Shown: positions 19,201 through 28,399, counted from the stretch's first letter. The stretch: 64,000 bases of DNA from Gammaproteobacteria bacterium GWE2_42_36 (GCA_001801305.1 MGXH01000002.1:3054-67053); one strand, 5' to 3'. A program made the numbers and translations. Notes: generated by a model not told the origin, from the letters alone.

Positions 19201-20439
19201 GATATTGAAAACACCGTCATGGCCATGTAAATAGCTATCGGAATAAATCACGGAAATTTTTCGACTCGGTTGATTGAAATTTAATTCGCGACACGTTTGA
19301 ATGATCGGATCTCTATTCGGGTCATTTAGTCGGTGTGTTGCAATACCGAGGGCGCTTTGCTGATTGGGGTCGTAAGACGCATGGCCTTGTGGTAATAAAC
19401 TGTCTTGTTCAGTGCGGTTATTTGCTGCAATACAAAATAACACAATGATGGGCGGCGCTTCAGCGGACAGTTCTTTTTCAAGTTTATCTAAGCTATACAA
19501 TAGTACGTCAAAACCCTTGTTATGAAATTCATAACGTCCGGAAGTAATCCAGAATAAAGCATTCGCCGGGACGTCATGACGTAAGGTTTGACTTGCCACA
19601 TGATGTAATTTTTCTCGAATAGCAGGAAGATCATAAGTTGTCAGGACTTGTTGAATATGCTCCACATCTAGTCCATTCGGTACGATTTTATCCGGATATT
19701 TTCCGAGCATGATATAGGCTTCATCGGCGGTGAGTGCGCTGACTGTTGTAAAGCAATCGGCTTCTCTAGCAGCAGCACGCTCGACAGAATGTTTAGCGAA
19801 AACACCATATTTTCTTGCTTCGGTTTCAGGATCAAAAGTGGCTGGTAAATTATAAATATCTCGGCGATCACTGGCTAACGCGCGGCCTAATACTGTGGCG
19901 TGGGTAGTAAATACTGTTGAAATGTTATGCGAATCATGTTCTGAAAATAAAATACCAGCGCCACATAACCATTCATGAAATTGAGCAATGATATTCGCAT
20001 TTTTGTAATGCTCATTTGAGGCGATGGCTTTAATGGCATCTGCGACGGTAGTCGAAAATAAAATGGGTTCGATGTATTCGTAATTGCCGGCGAGAGAATC
20101 CACATTAAAATGTGACCACATCGAATAAAGTATGTCGGCAATATTATAACGATTTTGATAATCGAGTAGAATGACTTGAGGTTTGCCTTCTTCCGCATCC
20201 CAATAACCCATGCGAAATCGCAAATGATGGTCTTCGAGAATTTTGGCGATTGGGGCTAAGTGATCAGGAATTGTTTCAACAAAATTTTGATTTTCAGGAA
20301 GCCAGGGGCCAACCATAATATAGCGATCGCCAAAAGAGGCGAGTGCTTGTTTGATTTTTGTACGCAAGACGGTATTGATGCCGCCGACTTTATTGCATAC
20401 TTCCCAGCTTGTTTCGAATAACCAAGTATTTTCTGACAT
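16222..20439 (-). CDS. fusion protein: N-terminal GT3 (eukaryote-type) glycogen synthase plus C-terminal GT35 alpha-glucan phosphorylase (GlgP family with DUF3417)
   Basis: 1405 aa. The N-terminus LFETSWEVCNKVGGINTVL matches the GT3 glycogen synthase signature (FExxWEVxNKVGGIxTV). About aa 600 onward carries DUF3417 (LAYNLWWAWHHEV) followed by phosphorylase motifs IAYFCLEYGL, GGLGILAGDYLKS and the PLP-lysine motif EACGTSGMKVAMNGG. Confidence 0.85.
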   Translation of the reverse strand: MSENTWLFETSWEVCNKVGGINTVLRTKIKQALASFGDRYIMVGPWLPENQNFVETIPDHLAPIAKILEDHHLRFRMGYWDAEEGKPQVILLDYQNRYNIADILYSMWSHFNVDSLAGNYEYIEPILFSTTVADAIKAIASNEHYKNANIIAQFHEWLCGAGILFSEHDSHNISTVFTTHATVLGRALASDRRDIYNLPATFDPETEARKYGVFAKHSVERAAAREADCFTTVSALTADEAYIMLGKYPDKIVPNGLDVEHIQQVLTTYDLPAIREKLHHVASQTLRHDVPANALFWITSGRYEFHNKGFDVLLYSLDKLEKELSAEAPPIIVLFCIAANNRTEQDSLLPQGHASYDPNQQSALGIATHRLNDPNRDPIIQTCRELNFNQPSRKISVIYSDSYLHGHDGVFNIDYEKILAACDLSIFPSYYEPWGYTPLESIAYQTPTITTNLAGFGSWVSSLQLPNQEAVQVLHYGTQEEIVTSLSDCLYKTVQQTDAQKQSIREQVAKIAQLADWKLFYQDYLDAYDQAIEFNDIYYEDIQNEYMASYHTVESTTPRFRSFQHECQLPAQLSQLRDLAYNLWWAWHHEVKLLFQGMDPVLWEKVKRNPIEFLNNVSSTLLSQKMNDPGYMEKYNHLLIAFDQYLNRKSKLDLEVIHADQPIAYFCLEYGLDESLPIYAGGLGILAGDYLKSVSDVDLPLIAIGLYYKQGYLTQRVDHQGEQLIEHATIDPKVLPLKQLSDDSGKPLLIGVEVQNRTIFVGIWKLKVGKVPLYLLDTDVPENNPDDRQITNRLYCNSKTQRLLQEIVLGVAGVRLIADKLAITPSVYHLNEGHSAFLLLERIKMLANQGFSHSEAIEMVRASSVFTTHTPVPAGNEVFDETLIKEYFSKSAQLLGVPIEKLLEFARDFDNAHNFSMTILALKLTAKSNGVSKIHQRVAQHMWQPIWPGLLENEVPIEGVTNGVHLETWLGIPMRILFDTYLGGSWLDAQDDPETWKKMSLIPDYSLWDTHQIQKDRLLNILKERIPKEYRRRSEKESLIQSSLETLTNQTLLIGFARRFATYKRHDLIFNNRERAVKILTNPQMPVVLLIAGKSHPADTLGKNVLKSIIEITRDPAFKGHVIFLEDYDMSLSKALVQGVDIWLNNPIYPKEACGTSGMKVAMNGGLNFSIRDGWWDETSPQAGWSIDTVEMQTNEEKRNAAECDDLLNKLEYTIAPLYYDSKKDTRKSEWVARMKASIMEVSCEFNAHHMVKNYLSELYLPLARYSTQLQQNDFADLKALVRWKERTRLHFNTLKIKTLLVEGIKNGKIQTSGELKITLLLFSGKLKASEIKAELILIRTTDDPMKSSPITMPLTLSDKRESGILTYTAEYKIEDTGLFSYGVRIYPYHPKLVYPHDMNLMIWG

Positions 20440-20445
20440 AGTTCG

Positions 20446-21660
20446 TTAGGCTCCTTTCTTTTTTTTCTGTTTCATTTTCTGCTGATTTAATTGTAAAACA
20501 AAATCAGTTAATATATTTTTGTAATTGACATAGGCGTCATAGGGGTTGTGGTAAGGATTGAAATATTTATGTACGTCACCATCATTCGCATATTTTGTGC
20601 ACATATAATAAAAATGATCGGATGTTTGTAATAATCGCCAAGTATGTAATAAGTCTTTATCGCCGGATGCTTTGACTTTTCCTTCTAAAAGGTAGACCGA
20701 TTGCAAGGCATCTTCTTGAAGCGGGTTTCCTCGCCAGGCTGAAAGATCTCGTTCTTCGTCCGCCCATGAAACAAAATGCGGTGTATCCAATGTCGCAACC
20801 GCTTTAAATTTTTTGCTGACTTCACAAGGCAGGAGGAATTCAAAATCGGCATGCTGGAAAATTTTTTCTGGTAATTGTTCTAAAAATGCAAAAATACCGG
20901 TTTCTTTCCATTGATGTTCGCCGAACGTTTCATAATCCATAAACAGATTGATCACCTCCGCTTGTCCGGCCAATTGATGAACCCAATAGGCGTATTTTTC
21001 AGCCAGCAAAGGATACTCGACCCAAGATTGATTAGAAAAACGAAACGCTACATCATCGGATAGTCGATAATTTTTTAACAGCTGTTGTAATTTTTTACAC
21101 CCGACAGGGCGATAAACAAAATTGGGACTACGCCAGCCGAGCACTTTATCGGCGCCTTCGGTAAGTAAGGTTTTATAACCCATCCCTTCGACAAATTGGG
21201 CGAGTTCATTATTATAAATTAATTCGGTATTACGAAAAGTGGTGGCTTTGTAGCCAAACTCTTTTCGAATCAATTTATGGTGTAGTTCAACTTGTTCGGT
21301 AAATTCTTCTTTGGAAAAAAGATACGACAGCGAGTGGTAATAAGTTTCATCTAAAAACTCGACTTCGCCGGTATCTGCCAATGCTTTGAAAGAGTCTAAC
21401 ACTTCGGGTCGATATTGTTTGAATTGATCGATGACCGTGCCCGATAAAGAGAAAGCAACTTTGAATTTTCCTCGATAACGTTTAATTAATTTAAGCAATA
21501 ATTGATTGGTCGGGAGATAACATTTTTCAGCGACTTTCAGCAAGATCTCTCGGTTGGTTTTTTCGTCTTCATAGTCATGCGATTGACCGATGTCAAAATA
21601 CGTGTATTTTCTTAACCGATTCGGTTGATGCACCTGAAAATATAAACACAGAGCAGTCAT
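20446..21660 (-). CDS. glycoside hydrolase family 57 protein (alpha-amylase / 4-alpha-glucanotransferase / branching-enzyme type)
   Basis: 404 aa with the GH57 region I signature near the N-terminus (YFQVHQPNR) and a conserved Trp/Glu-rich core. It is 6 nt downstream of the fusion gene. Confidence 0.7.
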   Translation of the reverse strand: MTALCLYFQVHQPNRLRKYTYFDIGQSHDYEDEKTNREILLKVAEKCYLPTNQLLLKLIKRYRGKFKVAFSLSGTVIDQFKQYRPEVLDSFKALADTGEVEFLDETYYHSLSYLFSKEEFTEQVELHHKLIRKEFGYKATTFRNTELIYNNELAQFVEGMGYKTLLTEGADKVLGWRSPNFVYRPVGCKKLQQLLKNYRLSDDVAFRFSNQSWVEYPLLAEKYAYWVHQLAGQAEVINLFMDYETFGEHQWKETGIFAFLEQLPEKIFQHADFEFLLPCEVSKKFKAVATLDTPHFVSWADEERDLSAWRGNPLQEDALQSVYLLEGKVKASGDKDLLHTWRLLQTSDHFYYMCTKYANDGDVHKYFNPYHNPYDAYVNYKNILTDFVLQLNQQKMKQKKKKGA

Positions 21661-21674
21661 CGGCTACCTCCTCT

Positions 21675-22958
21675 TTATAGATTGATGGCTTGTTGATAAA
21701 TATCAACTAATTTATCCGCAGCGCTTTCCCAAGTTAATTGGTCAAGGTCTTTTTTCGATGCATTTACCGTTGTTTCGCGCAAAACAGGATAATCCAATAA
21801 CGCGCACATCTTGGACGCCATTTCATGAATATCCCAGTAATCAACGGTTAATACATTTTGTAACACTTCTGCTGCACCTGATTGTTTTGAAATGAGTATG
21901 GGAATATTTTGCGATAAGGCTTCTAAAGCGGTGAGCCCAAAGGGTTCTGATACGCTGGGCATGACATAAAGATCGGCCATTTGATAGATTTTCTTTGTGA
22001 CTGTGGGGGGTACAAAGCCGGTAAAATGCACATGGTGAGCCACGCTGCTTTGAGCGACATGTTCAATCATGCTCGGTAATAAATCACCCGTTCCGGCAAT
22101 AACGAAATGGACATCTTTTCGCTTCGATAATATTTTTTTCGCGGCTTCGATGAAGAAATAAGGCCCCTTTTGATACGTGACGCGACCTAAAAACAAAATC
22201 ATTTTCGAGCGTTTTTTATCGTGTTTTTTGCGAGATGTTTCTGTGGATCGTTCCGTAGGGGAAATACCATTATGGACAACAAAAATTTTATCTTCTGAAA
22301 TACCATAATATTGCATGGCAACGCTTTTCGTGTATTGGCTAACCGCAATAACTAAATCGGCTTGTTCCATGACTTGTTTCTCAATCGCAAAAACTTGCTG
22401 ATTGACATTTTCGCCGCATCGATCTCGTTCGAGCGCGTGAATATGAAAAACCAGTGGTTTTTTACTGTTTTTTTTTGCTTCAATACCCGCAAGACCGGTC
22501 AACCAATCGTGAGCATGAATCACATCATGCGATGTTGTTTTTGCAATGCTGCCGGCAATAACGGCGTAACGATACACTTCAGCCATTAAATTCGGGCCAT
22601 ATTTTCCCGTAAAAGCAAAAGGGTCACTGCTGGAAGCGCGTTTAACCTGATCGCTAAAGGTCAGCAATAAATCGTGGTAACGTTCTTCAGTGATGTAAGG
22701 GTGCAGCAATGTATCAATTTCGGTAATATTAACGTTCTGTAGCAGCGTTTGTAGCCAGGTGTGTTCTTCACATAAATTGCGGCATCCCAATAGGGAAAAT
22801 TGATCGTGACAAACAATATCTTGAGCGGCATGAGGAAGGACTAAGGTTACATTAACGTCGGGTTTTTTAATCAGCGAAGTGACCATCCCATAACAGGCGA
22901 CACCTAAACCGCCACTGATGTGAGGAGGGAACTCCCAACCGTACATGAGGATCTTCAT
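21675..22958 (-). CDS. GT4-family glycosyltransferase (glycogen-synthase-like retaining transferase)
   Basis: 427 aa. The N-terminal MKILMYGWEFPPHISGGLGV is the GT4/GT-B donor-binding start. The C-terminal EX7E-like region is VMPSVSEPFGLTALEAL. Confidence 0.75.
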   Translation of the reverse strand: MKILMYGWEFPPHISGGLGVACYGMVTSLIKKPDVNVTLVLPHAAQDIVCHDQFSLLGCRNLCEEHTWLQTLLQNVNITEIDTLLHPYITEERYHDLLLTFSDQVKRASSSDPFAFTGKYGPNLMAEVYRYAVIAGSIAKTTSHDVIHAHDWLTGLAGIEAKKNSKKPLVFHIHALERDRCGENVNQQVFAIEKQVMEQADLVIAVSQYTKSVAMQYYGISEDKIFVVHNGISPTERSTETSRKKHDKKRSKMILFLGRVTYQKGPYFFIEAAKKILSKRKDVHFVIAGTGDLLPSMIEHVAQSSVAHHVHFTGFVPPTVTKKIYQMADLYVMPSVSEPFGLTALEALSQNIPILISKQSGAAEVLQNVLTVDYWDIHEMASKMCALLDYPVLRETTVNASKKDLDQLTWESAADKLVDIYQQAINL

Positions 22959-23065
22959 CGCAATTCCTTTAATATGAGCATCATTCTCAAGTTCTGATCA
23001 TTGTATCATAAAAGTTTCATGTATGAAGAAGTGAGTCAAAAAAATTGATGTTTTTTACGGTTCCT

Positions 23066-25111
23066 TTAATGTTTGTACAACGATTGCGCGAGTTGCAAGA
23101 AAGCCGCGACACTCCATGCTTGATGAATGCATCCGCGTGGATGGTGTGGCGCGTCCCCATCAAAAATTTCCGAAACACAGCCGATACCGGCTTCGGATAA
23201 ATGGCGTGTGAGCGCATCCACACAGGGTTGCAATAATTGTTGAGTCGTTGCACGGTCGGCATACACTTTGTTGACTGCTCGAGCGAAATGCCCCAATAGC
23301 CACGGCCAAACAGTTCCGTTGTGATACGCTTGATCTCGTTTGGATTGCTCGCCTTGATAAATGCCGATGTAATGAGGATCTTCAGGCGATAAAGTGCGCA
23401 ATCCATACGGGGTCAACAAATGTTTGATAACGATTTCGATAACCCCTATCGCCATGTCTTTTGCTAGCGGAGAATAGGGGAGTGAGGCTGCTATGATTTG
23501 ATTCGGGCGAATAGATAGATCTTCACCGTCATCATTCACATAATCTTTTAAATGGTTTGACGATTTTATCCAAAAGACTTGTTGAAAAGCATTTTGGATT
23601 TTCTGTGCCAGTGTAGCAAAATTTTTCGCCGTTATTTTTTCGCCAAAACAGGTCGCTAATTCTTGCATAAAACAAATGAAATTATACCAAAGCGCATTTA
23701 ATTCGACGATTGCGCCATAGCGTGGTGTCGCCGGCTTCCCATTGACTATCGCATCCATCCAAGTGACATTGGTTCCAGGATCGCCGGCGTAAAGCAATCC
23801 ATTTTCTCGCTGATGAATCTGATACAAAGTGCCGGCTTGATAATGTGAAAAAATACTTTTTAACGTTGGCCATAGCCGTTTTTTTATCGAAGAACGATCT
23901 TTTGTTGTGAGATAGTATTGCTGCACGGCCCATGCGAACCATAAACTGGCATCGGCCGAATTATAGGCATTTTCCTCAGGTGTTTTACCCAGGAAATTAG
24001 GGATGATGCCTTGATGTTCCTGTTCGGCAAATGATTTGAGAATCGCTAAACATTCCGCCGCTTGGTCAGTAGATAAGGTGAGATCGGGTAGTGAGATCAT
24101 GGCATCGCGGCCCCAGTCTAAAAACCAGGGATAACCTGCTACGAGCGTGATGGATTGGCGTAAAGAAGAATCTGTATTTTCATCGATGGATAAGTAAGCG
24201 CCTGTCGCTCGCCCTTTTTCATCGCGTATCTCATCTTTTTGTACCCGCGTGAAATATTTCAGAAAATCTTGCCCGGATTGCTTCAGTTGTTGTTCTAACG
24301 GCGTCCCTGTATAAGAACGCCTCAATTTAACGCGGCGTTTTATTTCATTTTGGAAAATAAGAGAAAGATCATCGGATAATTCATTTGATGAAGCAGAGAA
24401 AATAATATCCTGGTGTTGATAACAAGCGATAGTAAATTGACCCGGGGAAAACAAATCTTCGCGATAAGGGTATCCGCGTTCTTGTTCTTCTCGGTATTCG
24501 TATTGTTTATACCACACCGGATTTTGTTCACATTCGAAAGCAGTGTTGATCTGAAAGTATAAGTTTGGAAATGTGGCATAGGGCTTTATTTGATAGCCTT
24601 GCTTGGAGGACGATAAAATGCGCGACATACAGTCGTTTTCATGCGTGAGTTCATGAAAATTGCGCGCAGCAATCATCGGACGTAATTGCAGCGTGATCGG
24701 TTGTTTGGATGAGGTTTTATATCGAATGAGTACCGTATTTCTTAAGTGGGGCATTAAAATTTCTTTGGTGATCGTTATATCGTTGAATTGAAACGTCCAG
24801 CACGGATGGGTTGTTAAATCGAAGCGTTGAAAACAATGAAAACTACCCTCTTGAAAATAATTCGGAAACTGCGATCCGCAAAGTGGATAAGAGATATCAT
24901 TGATGATCACATAATCTTCACATTTGGATAATAGAACAAACTTTTCAGCGAAGGCTTCAATTTCCGCAACGAGCAAGCCATGGTATTTTCGAGTGTGGCA
25001 ATTGAGTAACGAACTCGAAGCATAACCACCCAGATGATTGGTTTCGAGCCATTCTCGAGAAAGAAAATCCTGAGTATTTGAAAAAGCCGTTTTCGCAAAT
25101 GAAAAATCCAT
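23066..25111 (-). CDS. amylo-alpha-1,6-glucosidase-type glycogen debranching enzyme (GDE_C, six-hairpin glycosidase fold)
   Basis: 681 aa. The N-terminus REWLETNHLGGYASSSLLNCHTRKYHGLLVA is typical of bacterial/archaeal GDE-N. The C-terminal (alpha/alpha)6 barrel has ITLVAGYPWFLDWGRDAMISL and GLLYAGD motifs. Confidence 0.8.
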   Translation of the reverse strand: MDFSFAKTAFSNTQDFLSREWLETNHLGGYASSSLLNCHTRKYHGLLVAEIEAFAEKFVLLSKCEDYVIINDISYPLCGSQFPNYFQEGSFHCFQRFDLTTHPCWTFQFNDITITKEILMPHLRNTVLIRYKTSSKQPITLQLRPMIAARNFHELTHENDCMSRILSSSKQGYQIKPYATFPNLYFQINTAFECEQNPVWYKQYEYREEQERGYPYREDLFSPGQFTIACYQHQDIIFSASSNELSDDLSLIFQNEIKRRVKLRRSYTGTPLEQQLKQSGQDFLKYFTRVQKDEIRDEKGRATGAYLSIDENTDSSLRQSITLVAGYPWFLDWGRDAMISLPDLTLSTDQAAECLAILKSFAEQEHQGIIPNFLGKTPEENAYNSADASLWFAWAVQQYYLTTKDRSSIKKRLWPTLKSIFSHYQAGTLYQIHQRENGLLYAGDPGTNVTWMDAIVNGKPATPRYGAIVELNALWYNFICFMQELATCFGEKITAKNFATLAQKIQNAFQQVFWIKSSNHLKDYVNDDGEDLSIRPNQIIAASLPYSPLAKDMAIGVIEIVIKHLLTPYGLRTLSPEDPHYIGIYQGEQSKRDQAYHNGTVWPWLLGHFARAVNKVYADRATTQQLLQPCVDALTRHLSEAGIGCVSEIFDGDAPHHPRGCIHQAWSVAAFLQLAQSLYKH

Positions 25112-25197
25112 ATATCACCGCTCAATAGTTATCAAAAAAACTATTATTGCGCGAGTACGAACGGGAGTCTAGTGTTGCTGTTTAAAAAATACTGAGC

Positions 25198-25899
25198 TTA
25201 TAAAGTGATTGTTTCACCCACTTTCAATTCAAGGCAATTTTCTTGGTAATGTTTTTTGAACAGTTTTTTAGCTAGAGTGCCGCTACAATGAAGCGGTGCA
25301 ATTCTTTTGACTTGGAGTGATTGCAAGGTGCGAATGAGACTTTCAATTTCCATCTGATTTTTTCGATACAAATGAAAGCCTCCTATAAAAAGATCGATGG
25401 GATCATGAGGAAAATGTGTTTTTACGACAGTGACAATGGTCGTTATGGATGGATGGGCACAGCCAGTTAAAATTGTGAGCCCGCGCGTTCCTTTTAAAAT
25501 TAAAACCTGTTCGACGATGAGTTGCTTATTGTATAGACCGACTAACTCGCCAGAAGAAAAGACTTGTTTGTCGATTACGCAAAAAGGCGAAACAGAAATT
25601 ATTTTATTTGAAGTGATTGAAATTCGTGAATGCGGGCAGAGATAAATTGATTCAGGGTCGGCAAAGGTAAGTAGTTTGTTTAATGCGCCTGCATGATCGT
25701 GATGATCATGAGAAATAATGATGGATTTTATTGAGGTGGGATCAATAGCCATCAAATGGAGATTATGACGCAATGCCTTACTGCTCTTCCCCACGTCAAA
25801 CAGAATAGCGTCATTGACGAGGCAAGAAAATCCCCAACCCGTTTTAAAATGTGGATGGATGGCATGAGAATCAAATAGCAGCTTAATATTCATAAGCAT
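25198..25899 (-). CDS. MBL-fold metallo-hydrolase
   Basis: 233 aa with the metallo-beta-lactamase HxHxDH motif (IISHDHHDHAGAL). It overlaps the coaBC 3' end by 10 nt. Confidence 0.7.
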   Translation of the reverse strand: MLMNIKLLFDSHAIHPHFKTGWGFSCLVNDAILFDVGKSSKALRHNLHLMAIDPTSIKSIIISHDHHDHAGALNKLLTFADPESIYLCPHSRISITSNKIISVSPFCVIDKQVFSSGELVGLYNKQLIVEQVLILKGTRGLTILTGCAHPSITTIVTVVKTHFPHDPIDLFIGGFHLYRKNQMEIESLIRTLQSLQVKRIAPLHCSGTLAKKLFKKHYQENCLELKVGETITL

Positions 25900-27086
25900 T
25901 TATTGATGATTTCAAGTAACTCATAGGCGAGCAGCGATTTGCTTTTTTTGGGGAGTGTAATGGTTTTCCCCTGTCGAGTGATAATGATCAGTGCATTTTC
26001 ATCGCTGTTAAATCCTTTATTGTCACCTACTTCGTTAGCGGCGATGAGATCAATGTTTTTATGGCTCAATTTTTGTCGGGCATGTTCGAGAACGTGTTCT
26101 GTTTCTGCAGCGAATCCTACCGTAAAGGGTGGATTCGGCAACGCGGCAACAGCGCCTAAAATATCGGGATTTTTGATGAATTTCAGAGAAATGGTTTCTT
26201 CGGAGCGCTTCATTTTTTGAGTTGAAAAAATTTCCGGTCGATAATCGGCGACGGCTGCGGTTGCGATAAAAATATCGCAATCGTGAATGGTTAACATCAC
26301 TGCCTGCCTCATTTCTTCGGCCGTTTTTATGTGAGTGGCGGTGACGTGATGCGGAAGGGGAAGACAAGTGGGTCCAGTAATGAGTGTGACGGTGGCGCCG
26401 AGATCTCTGGCTGCTTTGGCAATCGCATAACCCATTTTGCCCGAGCTGTAATTGGTCATACATCGCACGGGATCGATGGGCTCGATCGTCGGACCGGCCG
26501 TGATGACGACTTTTTTATTTTCAAGTAAAGGTGGGGAAAAAGCGTGATGGAGATGGCTGACAATTTCTGTAGGTGGAATCATTCGGCCAAGACCTATTTC
26601 TCCACAAGCTTGAAAACCCATTTCAGGCCCAAAAATTTTTATGCCTTTTTTTTCGAGTGCTTTCAGGTTTTCTTGTGTCGTATGATTTTCCCACATCGCA
26701 TGATTCATAGCAGGCGCAACAGCAATCGGTGCATCACTGGCCAGGCAAATTGTCGTGAGTAAATTGTCCGCAATCCCATACGCTAATTTGGCCAGTGTAT
26801 TCGCTGTAGCTGGCGCGATTAAAATCATATCGGCCCACCGGGCTAATTCAATATGATCAATTTGCCAGTCATTGGATGATTGATCAAACAGATCGGTATA
26901 AACAGGGTTATTCGATAATGTTTTAAGCGTGAGAGGCGTAATAAACTCTAAACCGGCCGGCGTAACTATGGCTTTAACATTCGCATGATTCGTTTTTAAG
27001 AGACGAATGAGTTCGCAGCTTTTATAGGCTGCAATGCCGCCCGTGATGCCGAGAATGATTTTTTTATTATTTAAATGATCCAGCAT
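25890..27086 (-). CDS. coaBC: bifunctional phosphopantothenoylcysteine decarboxylase / phosphopantothenate--cysteine ligase
   Basis: Flavoprotein domain (KIILGITGGIAAYK) plus the CoaB domain (KMGYAIAKAARDLGA). The start was chosen at MLDHLNNKK, which is Met27 of the track ORF and abuts the HIT gene stop. Confidence 0.9.
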   Translation of the reverse strand: MLDHLNNKKIILGITGGIAAYKSCELIRLLKTNHANVKAIVTPAGLEFITPLTLKTLSNNPVYTDLFDQSSNDWQIDHIELARWADMILIAPATANTLAKLAYGIADNLLTTICLASDAPIAVAPAMNHAMWENHTTQENLKALEKKGIKIFGPEMGFQACGEIGLGRMIPPTEIVSHLHHAFSPPLLENKKVVITAGPTIEPIDPVRCMTNYSSGKMGYAIAKAARDLGATVTLITGPTCLPLPHHVTATHIKTAEEMRQAVMLTIHDCDIFIATAAVADYRPEIFSTQKMKRSEETISLKFIKNPDILGAVAALPNPPFTVGFAAETEHVLEHARQKLSHKNIDLIAANEVGDNKGFNSDENALIIITRQGKTITLPKKSKSLLAYELLEIINKCL

Positions 27087-27087
27087 G

Positions 27088-27552
27088 TTAGGGGTTCTCC
27101 TGAGACAGTGCTCGTTTAAATTGCTCAGCCAGTTGATTGATCTTTTGCGGGTCGACAGGCCCAATACAATTTTCTCGTGCGTGATGAAAAATCTTTACTG
27201 CATCGATCTGGTTATTGGCATCCTGAATATGGGGCCAATCGAGCATCCAATCGTATCGAGGAAAAAGATGAAAATGCACGTGCGGCGTCAGCTCATTAAA
27301 ACTGCACATATAGATTTTTTCAATGGCTGGATCAAAATTTTTTAAAAATCGAATAGTCCATTGAGATAAGCGAGAAAATTGGGCTAATTCTTTTCCGGTT
27401 AATAATTCGTAACTGGCTATGTGGCGAATCGGTGCGATCATCAAATATCCGAGAATAGTCGTGTCAGCGCAGTGCCAAATCATGATGTCATCATCACGAT
27501 AAAAAAGGGCGTTGGGTTTTTGTGTCAGTTGGCAAATAGAACAAGACATCAT
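27088..27552 (-). CDS. HIT-family nucleotide hydrolase/transferase
   Basis: 154 aa with the histidine-triad motif HVHFHLFPR. Confidence 0.75.
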   Translation of the reverse strand: MMSCSICQLTQKPNALFYRDDDIMIWHCADTTILGYLMIAPIRHIASYELLTGKELAQFSRLSQWTIRFLKNFDPAIEKIYMCSFNELTPHVHFHLFPRYDWMLDWPHIQDANNQIDAVKIFHHARENCIGPVDPQKINQLAEQFKRALSQENP

Positions 27553-27568
27553 GCGTTTTCTCCCGAAA

Positions 27569-28399
27569 TTATTTTTTATTGAGATTGTAGCGCTGTACGA
27601 CGGTCAATAATTCTTTGGCCACCGTAGGATTGCCGGCGATGATATCAGCATCCTCTAAGCAATTTGCCGAGAGCCCTTTAATATTAACCACTGAACCACC
27701 GGCCTCTTGAACGAGCAAAATACCTGCCGCAATATCCCATGATTTTAACTGAAACTCCCAAAAACCATCAAAGCGCCCGCAAGCAATATAAGCTAAATCA
27801 AGTGCAGCAGAACCGCACCGTCGGATGCCTACTGTTTCGGGAATAAGCGCTTTAAAAGTAGCGATATAAGGTTCGAGATAATCCATGTTGCGATAGGGAT
27901 AGCCTGTTCCGAGCAAAGAACCCTTTAATTGTGGCTGTTGGCTAACTTGAATGACTTTATCATTGAGTTTCGCCCCTTGTCCTTGTGTGGCGGTGAAAAG
28001 TTCGCGTCGAATGGGATCGTAAACCACTGCATATTGCAGGTGATTTTGATACTGGATTCCAATGGAAATAGCGCAGTGGGGGACTGCGTGTAGAAAATTA
28101 GTTGTCCCATCGAGCGGATCGATGATCCACAAATAATCACTGGATGGGTTATGGGTCGATGATCCACTTTCTTCTGAAAGAATGGCGTGATCGGGATAGT
28201 GCTGACGAATCATTTGCATAATGATTGTCTCGGATTGTCGATCAATTTCAGAAACGAAATCAAAAGGCGCTTTTTCTTGAAATTTGATGGTTTCGATATG
28301 TTGAATAGCTTCTACGATAACTTCACCCGCTGATCGGGCCGATTGAATGGCAACATCAAGGATTGTGTTCATCGGAATTCTCTCTTTGTTAAATCCCAT
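27569..28399 (-). CDS. suhB: inositol monophosphatase family protein (SuhB-like)
   Basis: IMPase motifs (WIIDPLDGTTNF, the GRFDGFWE region, AAGILLVQEAGG). The start may be Met10 (about 28372). Confidence 0.85.
   Translation of the reverse strand: MGFNKERIPMNTILDVAIQSARSAGEVIVEAIQHIETIKFQEKAPFDFVSEIDRQSETIIMQMIRQHYPDHAILSEESGSSTHNPSSDYLWIIDPLDGTTNFLHAVPHCAISIGIQYQNHLQYAVVYDPIRRELFTATQGQGAKLNDKVIQVSQQPQLKGSLLGTGYPYRNMDYLEPYIATFKALIPETVGIRRCGSAALDLAYIACGRFDGFWEFQLKSWDIAAGILLVQEAGGSVVNIKGLSANCLEDADIIAGNPTVAKELLTVVQRYNLNKK

Noticed and set aside
26059-26463. 134-aa Arg/Ser-rich ORF antisense within coaBC, and similar antisense ORFs inside other large genes (3865-4365, 6002-6379, 31075-31557, 43114-43479, 11747-12073, 17654-17896)
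   Set aside because: All lie inside, and antisense to or out of frame with, strongly supported conserved genes. They have no Shine-Dalgarno or motif support and are treated as spurious shadow ORFs.
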